A stretch of 64,000 nt of DNA from Ostreococcus lucimarinus (lineage: Eukaryota). Below the pieces are notes generated by a model. The model searched no databases. It was not told the origin of the DNA and saw only the letters and a program-made list of their open reading frames with translations. The stretch lies in NCBI GenBank assembly GCA_000092065.1, contig CP000583.1. The stretch is one strand, 5' to 3'. Shown piece by piece: positions 1-9,201 of this stretch. How positions within the stretch are numbered: position 1 is the stretch's first letter; the number at the start of each line of letters is the position of its first letter. A program made the translations under genes and the position numbers.

Positions 1-2
1 TC

Positions 3-1763
3 GTGCACATCCGCGCTCTTTTGCTTCGAGCGGTCGACTCGTTGCAGCTTCCACCAAATCCGCTCGACAATCTCATCGCGCTCTGCGGTGGACACGAGCA
101 CGTCGCCGAGATGACTGGCCGAAAGCTGCATCAGGTCCGACAGGAGAACGGCAAAATTATGACTCGAAAGCGTATGGACGATACGGACGCCGCGAACGCC
201 AAGCTGATGAACATGACCGAGAAGAGAAAGTTCCAACAAGGTGAAAAACTCATCGCGATCATCTCCGACGCGGCGAGCACCGGTATTTCTCTCCAGGCGG
301 ATAAACGTGTCCAAAATCAGCGTCGACGATGCCATATGACGCTTGAGCTTCCCTGGAGCGCTGATAAGGCAATTCAGCAGTTCGGTCGTTCTCACCGGTC
401 GAATCAGTCGAGTGCTCCGCTCTATCGCATTCTCATGACGCCGTGCGGTGGCGAACGACGCTTCGCGTCCAGTGCAGCCAAACGTCTTCTTTCGCTCGGC
501 GCCTTGCTCAAGGGTGATCGACGCGCGCTCGGCGCCGGCCAAAGTCTGCAAGCGTTTGACATAGATAACGCATACGGCTCTGAAGCGCTGAAGCGCATGA
601 TTTCTGATCTCAAGCGCGACACCGATCCCATGCCGACTGTGCAGTACACGGAGGCGCAGCTTGACGCCATCATCAACATCATTCGAGGCGAGCTCGTGAA
701 AGTCGGTCTCGCCGACGAAGACAATGGCGACGGGAGGTTTACACTCAAAGGCAACAAAACTAAAAATTCTGGTCTGAAGATCTCCACATTTTTGAATCGT
801 CTTCTCGGGATGCCTATCGAAATGCAAGAAATTGCATTCGACTACTTTACGCAAACGTTTGAAGGCGTCATCAAGGATCATAAACAACGTGGCAAGTATG
901 ACTCGGGCGTGACGAATATTACCGGTCAGAGCATCGTCTCAAAGCCAGAACACAACAAAGTTGTTCACAAGTGTCCGACATCTGGTGCTGAGACCAACGT
1001 TCGCTTAGTGGTCAGCGACTCCGGCGTTAAATATCGTCAAGTGTGCGCCATGATGCGCGATTACGAAGAGAATCGAGAGGCCTTGTTCGAAGGATCAAAC
1101 CAGCGTGGACTGTGTGGATTCTACATCGCGACGTACGGGACTATGGCCAAGACGAACCGACCGAACGTCTGTTACGCGCATGAAATTAGGAACATGGGCC
1201 AGCAGAATCAAAATTCGATCAAGAATCCGCAAATGCAGATCACGCGTGCGAATAAGCTCAACGCTTCAAAGATGGACCTGGACAACTTGCAGGCAAACTA
1301 CAAGAGAGTAGAACTTACCGATATTGACGGCGTGCTTCGTTTTCGTGAGCTGTGGAACTTTTGGTATGACTTCTTCAAATCCACGTGTGTGCACGGCAAA
1401 ACGTGTAAGCAGGGTGTAGGGAGGCGGATGTGCGACGCCGGGAAACGTTTCCGGAACGATCTGCTCATTTGCGGCGCCGTGTTACCGGTATGGAATCAGA
1501 TAAATGACCAATTCAAGGGTATGGTGGCCACGGAAGAAGGAACTGTTCGCGAAACTCATTTGAAAGTGATGCGCGCGCAGACCACGCTTGGCGAAAAGAT
1601 TGTCGGATTGAAGCTCGCGTCCATCGCAGTCGAAGATTTTGACGATTACGTTCGATCACTGCAAACCACGATTGAAGACAGAACCAAAGGAGGAGTTGGC
1701 CATGAACGACATGGCGGCGAAATTCACTATGACGAATATTACGATGACGACGATCTGTATTGA
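3..1763 (+). CDS. Strawberry notch (SBNO)-like helicase, C-terminal portion; 5' end lies outside window
   Basis: ORF runs in-frame from window edge (first codon GTG, not a start). Translation carries helicase C-terminal motif 'ELPWSADKAIQQFGRSHRSNQ', which I recognise as the SBNO family signature (QQFGRTHRSNQ). Stop TGA at 1761-1763. Confidence 0.7.
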   Translation: MHIRALLLRAVDSLQLPPNPLDNLIALCGGHEHVAEMTGRKLHQVRQENGKIMTRKRMDDTDAANAKLMNMTEKRKFQQGEKLIAIISDAASTGISLQADKRVQNQRRRCHMTLELPWSADKAIQQFGRSHRSNQSSAPLYRILMTPCGGERRFASSAAKRLLSLGALLKGDRRALGAGQSLQAFDIDNAYGSEALKRMISDLKRDTDPMPTVQYTEAQLDAIINIIRGELVKVGLADEDNGDGRFTLKGNKTKNSGLKISTFLNRLLGMPIEMQEIAFDYFTQTFEGVIKDHKQRGKYDSGVTNITGQSIVSKPEHNKVVHKCPTSGAETNVRLVVSDSGVKYRQVCAMMRDYEENREALFEGSNQRGLCGFYIATYGTMAKTNRPNVCYAHEIRNMGQQNQNSIKNPQMQITRANKLNASKMDLDNLQANYKRVELTDIDGVLRFRELWNFWYDFFKSTCVHGKTCKQGVGRRMCDAGKRFRNDLLICGAVLPVWNQINDQFKGMVATEEGTVRETHLKVMRAQTTLGEKIVGLKLASIAVEDFDDYVRSLQTTIEDRTKGGVGHERHGGEIHYDEYYDDDDLY

Positions 1764-1902
1764 ACACACAAACTGCGAACGGCGTAAACGTCGACGAACG
1801 CTGAAAAATGCTAAACGTCGCGTTACGTCGAAAAGCTCCGCGCGGAGCTCGTAGATAGCTACAACACTACACTAGAACGATTGAATTGAAATTTGTACAC
1901 CA

Positions 1903-3399
1903 TCAACGCACGCTCGACGCGACAGACTTCGCCGGCAAAGCGATGCAGCCGCTCGCGTCGCATCGCAACACGACCTTCGCCACGACGTCGGCGCCATACG
2001 GAATCGTCGTGTGACCAGTCATTATCCATGCACCATCGGTGTCATCGCGTTCGAAAGTCTGCGTGCAGAGTAGAGTCGCGCCATTGGCGACGGTTTCTAA
2101 TCCAGTGAGCGTTGCGAGGCCCTTTTCGATCGTCACGTCGAGGTCGCTCACTATGATACCCTGCGGTCGGCGATCTGGTCGCAAAACAACGTCCCATCCA
2201 TCGAGACGCGCACCCTTATCGACAAGCGGCGCCAGCGCGCTCTGTCGCGTCTTACTCTTTGACCAAATAGCCGCCATCGCTTCTTCGTCGCCCTCGCCCA
2301 GGGCGCGATAAAAGCCTTCGTGTATGGCGACGATTTCGCTCAATTCGGGCACGTCGCGTGGAAGCGCTTGCGAAATCGCGCCGCGCCCACCGCCCGAGGC
2401 GATTCGAGTGCCTTCCTCCTTCGACGTGAGCGCCTCGGACGAATCTAATGTCGCGCGTTTCCACGCTTTCTCCGCCTCTTCATCTTGTTTGTTCCCCGGC
2501 CGGTTCCGAGGAAACGTGCTCAACAAAACATCCCAATTCGGCGCGCCCACGCCAGAGCCGCGAATCATGCCGCTCGTGGAAATGGTCAAGTACCCGCCCG
2601 ACGCCGCCGCGTCACCCATCAGTCGCCGGAAATACCCGCTCCAATCGTCGTTTCGCGTCGGCCACGCGAGCCATCTTCCCGCGCCGGCGCCCGGAAACGC
2701 CTTAACGACGTCCTTCAAAAGCTCCCACCGTCCCGGTCCGACGTCCGCGACGGCCGACGTCGCCGCCGCGCTCTCGCGCTCGACCACGGGCACGACTAAA
2801 ATCCGACTCTGTTCCAACCGCCGTCGATACGGCGTCGCCGCCATCAAATCTCGCTCCACTTTCGCCGCGTCGCCGTACACCACCGCGACGCGCGCCACGT
2901 CCCGCAGCTCCCCCAGCGCGAACCTCGTCTCCTCCCGAAACTTATTCCTCTGAATCACCGTCATCTTCCCCAGCGCCAGCTCTCGCTGCAACCGCTCCAG
3001 ATCTTTCTTCCGCTTATCCGCGTCAACCTTGGCGAGCGTCGCGCACGCCGCGAGCCCGCCCGCGTTCTCCAGCAGCGCCGCCGTCGCCTCGGCGCTCCCG
3101 CCGCTCCGCGCCGCGTCGCCGATCGAGCTCGGCAGCGACAGCGCGAGTCCGAGCGCGAGCGAGCCGACGAGCGTCAGTCGCGGGTAGAACCACGCCGCGC
3201 GCGACTCCCACGTGCGCAGCGTCGCGTCGTCGAAGCGACCGCCGCTGAGCGCATCGGTGCGCGCGTCGTCGCGCGCGCGCTCGACGACGACGTCGTCGTC
3301 GCGACGCGACGCGCGCGAGGACGCGCCGCGCGCGCGGTCGCGCGCGACGCGCGCGCGACGCGGCGTCGCGCGACGCGGCGACGACGCGACGACGCGCAT
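1903..3399 (-). CDS. hypothetical membrane protein with C-terminal NTF2-like (SnoaL/DUF4440-type) domain
   Basis: ATG verified at 3397-3399 (minus). Arg/Ala/Ser-rich presequence, then hydrophobic helix WFYPRLTLVGSLALGLALSLP. C-terminal 'EIVAIHEGFYRALGEGDEEAMAAIWS...GAWIMTGHTT' resembles the DUF4440/SnoaL fold. Stop TGA at 1903-1905. Confidence 0.5.
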   Translation of the reverse strand: MRVVASSPRRATPRRARVARDRARGASSRASRRDDDVVVERARDDARTDALSGGRFDDATLRTWESRAAWFYPRLTLVGSLALGLALSLPSSIGDAARSGGSAEATAALLENAGGLAACATLAKVDADKRKKDLERLQRELALGKMTVIQRNKFREETRFALGELRDVARVAVVYGDAAKVERDLMAATPYRRRLEQSRILVVPVVERESAAATSAVADVGPGRWELLKDVVKAFPGAGAGRWLAWPTRNDDWSGYFRRLMGDAAASGGYLTISTSGMIRGSGVGAPNWDVLLSTFPRNRPGNKQDEEAEKAWKRATLDSSEALTSKEEGTRIASGGGRGAISQALPRDVPELSEIVAIHEGFYRALGEGDEEAMAAIWSKSKTRQSALAPLVDKGARLDGWDVVLRPDRRPQGIIVSDLDVTIEKGLATLTGLETVANGATLLCTQTFERDDTDGAWIMTGHTTIPYGADVVAKVVLRCDASGCIALPAKSVASSVR

Positions 3400-3407
3400 C
3401 GACGTCG

Positions 3408-4517
3408 ATGAGTGACGACGACGCGCGGACGCACTTCGCGCCGCGTCGAGCGCGCGCGATGCGCGCGACGACGGCGACGACGGCGACGGCGAACGCGCCG
3501 CGCGCGCGCGCGAGCGACGGCGACGGCGACGCGCGACGGCGACGCGCGACGCGGCGACGCGACGGCGAGCGCGCCGCGAAAAAAGATGACGACGCGGCGT
3601 CGCGGCGCGCGACGTGCGCGGCGGCGGCGCTGACGGTGGCGATGGCGACGACGACGCACGCGCGACCGGTGCGGGCGTACGCCGATCGACGCACGGTGGT
3701 GCGGCGAGAGATAAAGCGCGAGGACTTTGAGTCGCTGCGAGACTTTGAACGCGCGAGGAGCGGCGAACGCGCGAGCGAGTCGGCGAAAGATTCCGAGCGA
3801 GGGATTCCCGTGACGCTGAGCAGCTCGAGCGAGGGCGAGAACGAGAGCGCGATGATGTACACGGAGCCGCCGAGACGGGCGACGGCGCGGAGGAAGGGGG
3901 CGTTCGACGCGCGACGGGCGGCGAGCGCGGCGTTTCAATGGAGCGTCATAGGGGGAGTGGTGTACAGCGTGCGCCGGGCGCAGAGACGGTCGGAAGACGT
4001 GTCGAAGAATCTCGCGCGACGGTTCGCGTACGCCGACGCGGAGCCTGACGCGCTCGTGGGGACGCGTTGGCGCGTGTACGCGGACATAGGACGAGAATCG
4101 GGCACCTGGATGCCCCCGGCGTGGGGGCAATCCGGCATGCGTTTGGTGTGTCCGATCGCCATCGAGTTTAAAGACAACGGCGTCGTCGAACCCATCGCAA
4201 CGGGCGCGTTCACGCCGACGAAGTTTGAAGCGGGCACGTGGAGCATTGACGGTGACACGCTGCGGTTCAACCTGAAGATGGTCGGCGGCTTGCGGCGAGG
4301 CGACATCGAATTCGGCGAAGAGTCGCTGTACTTTAAAACCTTGGCCTGGGGCGATAAAGTCAGCGCGAACAAAGGCCGCATGCTCGTGAACCAAACTCGG
4401 TTCTTAATCCGTCGCGAATGGCGTTCGGTGGGGACGTTTAAGACGGAGCGCATCGCCGCCGACGAAGACGCCGGCGCGCAACTCGTGCCGCCCATGCGCG
4501 TTCGCGTGCCCGAATGA
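3408..4517 (+). CDS. hypothetical protein (low-complexity Arg/Ala N-terminus, globular C-terminal half)
   Basis: ATG at 3408-3410. C-terminal 200 aa has normal globular composition (WMPPAWGQSGMRLVCPIAIEFKDNG...) with no recognisable family. True start may be a downstream ATG (e.g. 3459). Confidence 0.4.
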   Translation: MSDDDARTHFAPRRARAMRATTATTATANAPRARASDGDGDARRRRATRRRDGERAAKKDDDAASRRATCAAAALTVAMATTTHARPVRAYADRRTVVRREIKREDFESLRDFERARSGERASESAKDSERGIPVTLSSSSEGENESAMMYTEPPRRATARRKGAFDARRAASAAFQWSVIGGVVYSVRRAQRRSEDVSKNLARRFAYADAEPDALVGTRWRVYADIGRESGTWMPPAWGQSGMRLVCPIAIEFKDNGVVEPIATGAFTPTKFEAGTWSIDGDTLRFNLKMVGGLRRGDIEFGEESLYFKTLAWGDKVSANKGRMLVNQTRFLIRREWRSVGTFKTERIAADEDAGAQLVPPMRVRVPE

Positions 4518-4593
4518 GCGGCGACGGTGCACACGCGCACGAAATGAATGAATATTATCATAGTTTTAGGGTTCATACCCCCGTAGTCTACTT

Positions 4594-5145
4594 TTACCCC
4601 GAAATTTGCCTGCTCTCGCACCACGCCGCGATTTCCTCCACCGTCGCCTCCATCGCGTCCGCGTTCGCGTTCGCTCGCACCCAAACCTCCTCGTACGCCT
4701 CCTTCGCCTCCTCCACGACGACTTGAAAGATGTCACACTCCACATTTTCCCGTATCTTCTTTTCCGAGTACCCTCGCGCCGCCAACCGATCGTACAGCGT
4801 CGCCGTGTCGTCCACCAGCGTCAGGCACGTCACCAAGTCGAACCACCGCTCCGGGAACAGCTCGCACGAGTGATAATCCACCACGCACGCCTCCCCTCGC
4901 GCCGCGTGCCCCTCGAGCAGGTCTTCCATGCGATCCAACAGCGCGTCCTCGTCCAGCTCGTGCGTGTCCGCGTCCTCGACGTACGCGCCGTGAAAACCTT
5001 CGCGCGCGCACAGCGCCCCGACGTCGATCCTCTTCGCGTCGATTCGCGTCGCCAGCGCGTCCGCGAGCGTCGTCTTGCCCGCGCCCGGGACGCCGGTGAC
5101 GAGGATGAACGGCCTCGCGCGCGTTGCCGCCGTCGTGGGCGCCAT
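4594..5145 (-). CDS. AK6: adenylate kinase isoenzyme 6 (AK6/Fap7/hCINAP family)
   Basis: ATG verified at 5143-5145 (minus). P-loop 'FILVTGVPGAGKTTLADAL' followed by AK6-like body, 183 aa. The ORF track extends it upstream only through an Arg-rich GTG-initiated region. Confidence 0.8.
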   Translation of the reverse strand: MAPTTAATRARPFILVTGVPGAGKTTLADALATRIDAKRIDVGALCAREGFHGAYVEDADTHELDEDALLDRMEDLLEGHAARGEACVVDYHSCELFPERWFDLVTCLTLVDDTATLYDRLAARGYSEKKIRENVECDIFQVVVEEAKEAYEEVWVRANANADAMEATVEEIAAWCESRQISG

Positions 5146-5556
5146 GACGCGCTTCCGACGCGCCCGAACGTGCCGCCACTCGCCGTCGCGCCGATGGCGT
5201 CGCTCGTTCGCGTCGACCCGCTGCGACGCGTCGCGGCGAGCGCGGACGACGACCGCGGCGACGACGCGAATCACGACGCGCGCGAGCGCACCGCGGGGCC
5301 GCGCTCGATGCTCGAGGGCGAGGCGCGCGAAGAGACGTACGCGCGGTCGCCGTGCGAGGACCTCGCGCGATTGACGCTCGCGGCGCTCCTGTCCGTCGTC
5401 CAGGCGGCGTGCGCGTGCGCGCTGTGCGCGCTTTACGCGGTGCGCGCGGTGACGCCCGCGCCGGTCGAGCGGTTTACGCGCGCGCGGGCGTTCGACGTCG
5501 CGTACGCGGTGTACGCGAGCGCGCTGGGGCGAGCGGCGCATCGAGGCGCGGTTTCG

Positions 5557-6729
5557 ATGACGCGAGGCGGCGGGACGCACTCGACGGCGCACCCGCCGAT
5601 GGCGTGCGGCGGGAAGTCGGTGATAGTGAGCGTGCCGTTCATGAACGATAATTATTCGTACGTCGTCGTGGATTCGGAAACGCGAGAGGCGTGCGCGATC
5701 GATCCCGCGGATCCCGAGGCGACGCTGGAGTGCGCGAAGAAAATCGGCGCGCGGTTGACGACGGTGTTGACGACGCATAAGCATCACGATCACGCGGGAG
5801 GGAACGGGAGGTTGGTGGCGATGATGGCGGAGGAGGAGAACGGTGCGGTCGCGATGAAGGTGTACGGACACGCGCGAGATGGGTGTCACGGGGTGAACGC
5901 GCGCGTGGAGCACGGGGACGTCGTGCGAGTCGGGCGCGGGACGCGGTTTTTGGTGACGCACGTGCCGTGTCACACGCGCGGGCACGTGGTTTATGGATTA
6001 TTAGGGCAGGAATACGAAGACGATGGCGAGACGGCGCCGTCGCTGGCGGACGTCAAGGCGATGTTCACGGGAGACGCCATCATCAACGGCGGCGTCGGGG
6101 CGTTCTTCCACGGCGACGCCAAGGATTGTTACGAAAATCTTCACGAGCGTCTGGCCGACGTCTCGGACGATTGCTTGGTGTTCAGCGGGCACGAGTACAT
6201 GGAGACCAACTTACGGTTCGCTAAAGCGATCGACGTCGCGGATGAAATCACGGCAAATTGCTTTTTCGCCATTCTGTTGCACCGGCATAAGCGCGCGAGC
6301 ACGATGCCGTCGTCGTTTCGCGTCGAGCGTCGACTCAATCCGTTCTTCAGGTGTCGCGATCGAGAGTACTTGAGAACGCTCGTCGAGACGAAGAAGGAGT
6401 TCGCCAAGGCAAAACAACGACCATGGTGGCACAGATACTTTGGGCCCGACGCGAAAACTCTCGCGGAACGGCGAGAGCGAGAGGTGGAAAACGGCGCGCT
6501 CGCTCGCCTCCTCGCGTCGGCGAATCACGAGTTGGCGGCGACCAAGGAAGAGGCAGTGGCGGGTATGAACATGGTGATAAATTTGATGTCGGATGTGTTC
6601 TCTGAGATAGATGCGAGGAACGGCGACGATGAGGAGCGACGCGTGTTCGTCCAGTACGCGAAGCACGCTGCCGCATCGGGCCACACGCGCGTCGTCGTTT
6701 CGCAGCTCATCGCGCCGGGGCTGGTGTAG
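5557..6729 (+). CDS. GLX2: hydroxyacylglutathione hydrolase (glyoxalase II, metallo-beta-lactamase fold) with about 115-aa C-terminal extension
   Basis: ATG at 5557 (alternative 5599). 'NDNYSYVVVD', metal-binding 'THKHHDHAGGN', 'FTGDAIINGGVGAFFHGD' and C-terminal 'PSSFRVERRLNPFFRC', which matches the glyoxalase II NPFMR motif. Stop TAG at 6727-6729. Confidence 0.8.
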   Translation: MTRGGGTHSTAHPPMACGGKSVIVSVPFMNDNYSYVVVDSETREACAIDPADPEATLECAKKIGARLTTVLTTHKHHDHAGGNGRLVAMMAEEENGAVAMKVYGHARDGCHGVNARVEHGDVVRVGRGTRFLVTHVPCHTRGHVVYGLLGQEYEDDGETAPSLADVKAMFTGDAIINGGVGAFFHGDAKDCYENLHERLADVSDDCLVFSGHEYMETNLRFAKAIDVADEITANCFFAILLHRHKRASTMPSSFRVERRLNPFFRCRDREYLRTLVETKKEFAKAKQRPWWHRYFGPDAKTLAERREREVENGALARLLASANHELAATKEEAVAGMNMVINLMSDVFSEIDARNGDDEERRVFVQYAKHAAASGHTRVVVSQLIAPGLV

Positions 6730-6805
6730 AGAGGAGGGAGTTTTAGAAGTAGAGAAATGTATTAATCACACGTCGCACGCACGCTCAAATTTTGATTTGA
6801 AACGC

Positions 6806-7924
6806 TTACTTGCCGAGAACCGTCTCGTTGAAGCGTTCGACTTCCTTGGCGGAGCCGATGCAGAGCGCGGTGCGTTGGTCAACGGTGTTGATTTGGACGT
6901 CCAAAACGGAGCCGCCGGTGACGCCGTCAGACGTCTTACCACCAGACTTTTCGACGAGCAAACCGAACGGCGCGGCTTCGAACGCGAGGCGAAGCTTGGC
7001 CGGGGATTTGGCGGAGGTCGGGTTGGAGAACACACCTTGGTTCTTGGTGAATTGCTGGTACACATCCGGGACGAGGCCGCCAGAGTAGCGGAGCGTGTAG
7101 CGTTCGTCCATGTAGTAGTCCAACAACTTCTTGTAGCCTTCGGTGTCTTGCGCGGCGCGCATGTTCGCCGGAGAGAAGATCTTGGAGGTTTCGTTGATCT
7201 TAATGTTCATGCGGGAGCAGATCCACGGCTCGAAGGAGCCGTCCGGAAGTTGGCAACCCTCCGGCGTGCAGCCGTAGGAGAATTCGTAGACGCCGTCGTC
7301 GAGGGCGACGATGACGGTGGTACGCGGACCGTAAAGCGCGACGAGAGACGTGCGCTGGTCGCGGCCGGTGGCACCGAGCAAACCGTCGGCGCCAGTCCCG
7401 GAGGTCGAGTCCCAGATACCGATGATGGTACCGACGGCCCAGTTGTTGTCGACGATGGAGGAGCCGTCGAGCGGGTCCCAGCACACGGTGTACTCGCCGT
7501 TCGGGTTGCACTGCACAACTTCCGGCTCTTCTTCGGACGCACCGTACGCCACAGTTTCAGAGCTCTTCACGCAATCCCACATGAGGTTATCCGCGATCAC
7601 GTCCACGGAAAGTTGCGCGTCACCAAAGGTGTTCGCGCTCCCCTCCACGGTGACGAGCGCCGAGCGCAACGCCTCGGTGATATCCGCGCAGCAATCGAGC
7701 ATCTCGACAATCACCTTGCGCAACTTTTCGTCCGCGCAGTGCTTACCCAAGATGTTTTCAAGGCTCGGGTACGAGTCTTGCTTCTCCGTCGTCGTGTAGA
7801 ACGACGTCGACGAGGCGCCGTATTCGTGCGCTCGCACGTCCCGGCGCACCGGCTTCGCCGCTTGGCGTCGCTTCGTCGCTTGGTGCGTCTTCGCGGAGCA
7901 TCGCGCGCGCGTCGCCGCGTTCAT
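6806..7924 (-). CDS. SBPASE: sedoheptulose-1,7-bisphosphatase, chloroplast precursor
   Basis: ATG verified at 7922-7924. 'CWDPLDGSSIVDNNWAVGTIIGIW', 'GATGRDQRTSLVALYGPRTT', 'ERYTLRYSGGLVPDV', 'KLRLAFEAAPFGLLVEKSGGKTSDG' match SBPase rather than cytosolic FBPase. Basic N-terminal presequence MNAATRARCSAKTHQATKRR. Confidence 0.85.
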   Translation of the reverse strand: MNAATRARCSAKTHQATKRRQAAKPVRRDVRAHEYGASSTSFYTTTEKQDSYPSLENILGKHCADEKLRKVIVEMLDCCADITEALRSALVTVEGSANTFGDAQLSVDVIADNLMWDCVKSSETVAYGASEEEPEVVQCNPNGEYTVCWDPLDGSSIVDNNWAVGTIIGIWDSTSGTGADGLLGATGRDQRTSLVALYGPRTTVIVALDDGVYEFSYGCTPEGCQLPDGSFEPWICSRMNIKINETSKIFSPANMRAAQDTEGYKKLLDYYMDERYTLRYSGGLVPDVYQQFTKNQGVFSNPTSAKSPAKLRLAFEAAPFGLLVEKSGGKTSDGVTGGSVLDVQINTVDQRTALCIGSAKEVERFNETVLGK

Positions 7925-8329
7925 CTGTCGTCGTAAAGATCCGCGTTCCCATCGTTCGTCAGTCGCCGCGCGTCCTCGCCGCCGTCTCCCGCCGCGCCGT
8001 CGCCGCGCCGCGCGCGCGTCGTCCCGCCGCCCCGATCGTCTCGCGCCCCATCGCGTCGCGTCTCTCGCCCCCGTCGACGCATCGCTCGCGCGCGCGCACC
8101 GTGGACATGGCGGACATGATCGAGTTCGAGTGTCTTCGCGCGCGTCGCTCGTGCGAGGCGCGGTGTGCGTCGCGCGCGCTCGCGTCGCGCGTCGCCGGCG
8201 AGTGGATAAGATCATTCGGTCCGTGTGTCGATTCGTGTCGATTCGTCTCACGTATGGGCAAACAGTGTACATATCGACGGCAGACGCGCCGACGCCGACG
8301 ACGACGCGCGCACACGGCGACGCGCGACG

Positions 8330-8466
8330 ATGTCGACGACGGCGCGCGCGACGGCGTCGGCGTCGGCGCGACGCGCGACGCCGGCGCGCGCGCGCGGCGC
8401 GACGCGAACGCGCGCGGTGCGCCGACGCGCGATCGCGAGACGCGCGACCGGGGACGGGACGACGCG

Positions 8467-8499
<33 letters not shown>

Positions 8500-9091
8500 G
8501 GCGGCGGCGGCGCGCGCGTCGAAGAAGTGGAAACCGAAACCGCTGCCGTCGACGTTCGGGGACGCGGCGTCGCCGAGAGCGCGGTCGCCGTTCGACGCGA
8601 AGACGGGGGCGACGTCGCCGTTCGAGAAGGCGCCGGGGACGTCGGCGTCGCCGTTCGAGAAGGCGACGAGCGACGGGACGGGTAAACCGGCGAGTCCGTT
8701 CGGGGCGGTGGCGACGCCGGTGACAGAGGGCGGGGCGGCGAGCGGGGACGCGACGACGACGCGCGCGAAGGCGGCGGCGAGCCCGTTCGGGGCGGCGGAG
8801 GCGCGGTCGCCGTTCGCCGCGGCGCCGGGCGCGGCGAAGAGCCCGTTCGGAGGAGCGAGCGCGGCGAAGAATCCGTTCAACGAACCGGAAGCCGCGCTGT
8901 ACGGCGCGAAGCCGGTGGCGAAGAAGCCGGCGGTGAAGGTGGAAGAGAAGACGTCGTTTTTGGAGTCTTTGCCGCGACCGACGCTCGGGCAATTCTTCAT
9001 CGTGTTCTCGTTCGTGACGATCATTTCTTTGATGCTCGGGACGTTTTGGGTCGTCGTCAACGCCGGTGGCGTGCACTTTAACGATTCTTAA
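8330..9091 (+). CDS. hypothetical tail-anchored protein with repeated SPF/NPF motifs and transit-peptide-like N-terminus
   Basis: ATG verified at 8330. N-term MSTTARATASASARRATPARARG (Arg/Ala/Ser/Thr). Six or more 'SPF(E/G/A)' motifs plus one NPF. Single C-terminal TM 'LGQFFIVFSFVTIISLMLGTFWVVV'. Confidence 0.45.
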
Positions 9092-9134
9092 GCCGAGCGC
9101 GACGTGCTCGCACTCATTTATCGCTCGCGTTGCT

Positions 9135-9139
9135 TTACA
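9135..9139 (-). promoter_or_regulatory. TGTAA poly(A)-signal-like pentamer downstream of minus-strand gene 9202-10623
   Basis: Plus-strand 'ttaca' at 9135-9139 reads TGTAA on minus, 63 nt 3' of the TGA stop, in an AT-richer convergent intergenic spacer. Confidence 0.3.
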
Positions 9140-9201
9140 TTATCCTTGTAGTCGGCAAATAGGTCACACATTCATCGTTTGTTTGTTTGTTCGTTTCTCG
9201 T

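Noticed and set aside
3174-4394. 406-aa Arg-rich ORF on minus strand (similar long Arg/Ala/Ser/Pro-rich ORFs at 3023-3862, 6611-7936, 12813-13775, 13294-14139, 23729-25199, 24054-25356, 29729-30727, 35190-36467, 38974-40506, 41134-42644, 49786-51830, 56326-57447, 57060-58064)
   Set aside because: All are antisense or out-of-frame to genes with recognisable domains. They consist of low-complexity R/A/S/P runs expected from stop-codon depletion in about 67 percent GC DNA, and several start on GTG/TTG.
4566-4593. tRNA-like T-loop 'GGTTCATACCCC' in a convergent spacer
   Set aside because: A58 position is T and no compatible T-stem or acceptor stem can be drawn. Flanking sequence is AT-rich 3' UTR.
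6340-6360. 'ttcttcag|gtgtcg' inside glyoxalase II considered as a splice junction
   Set aside because: It encodes NPFFRC, which matches the conserved GlxII C-terminal motif, so it is exonic.
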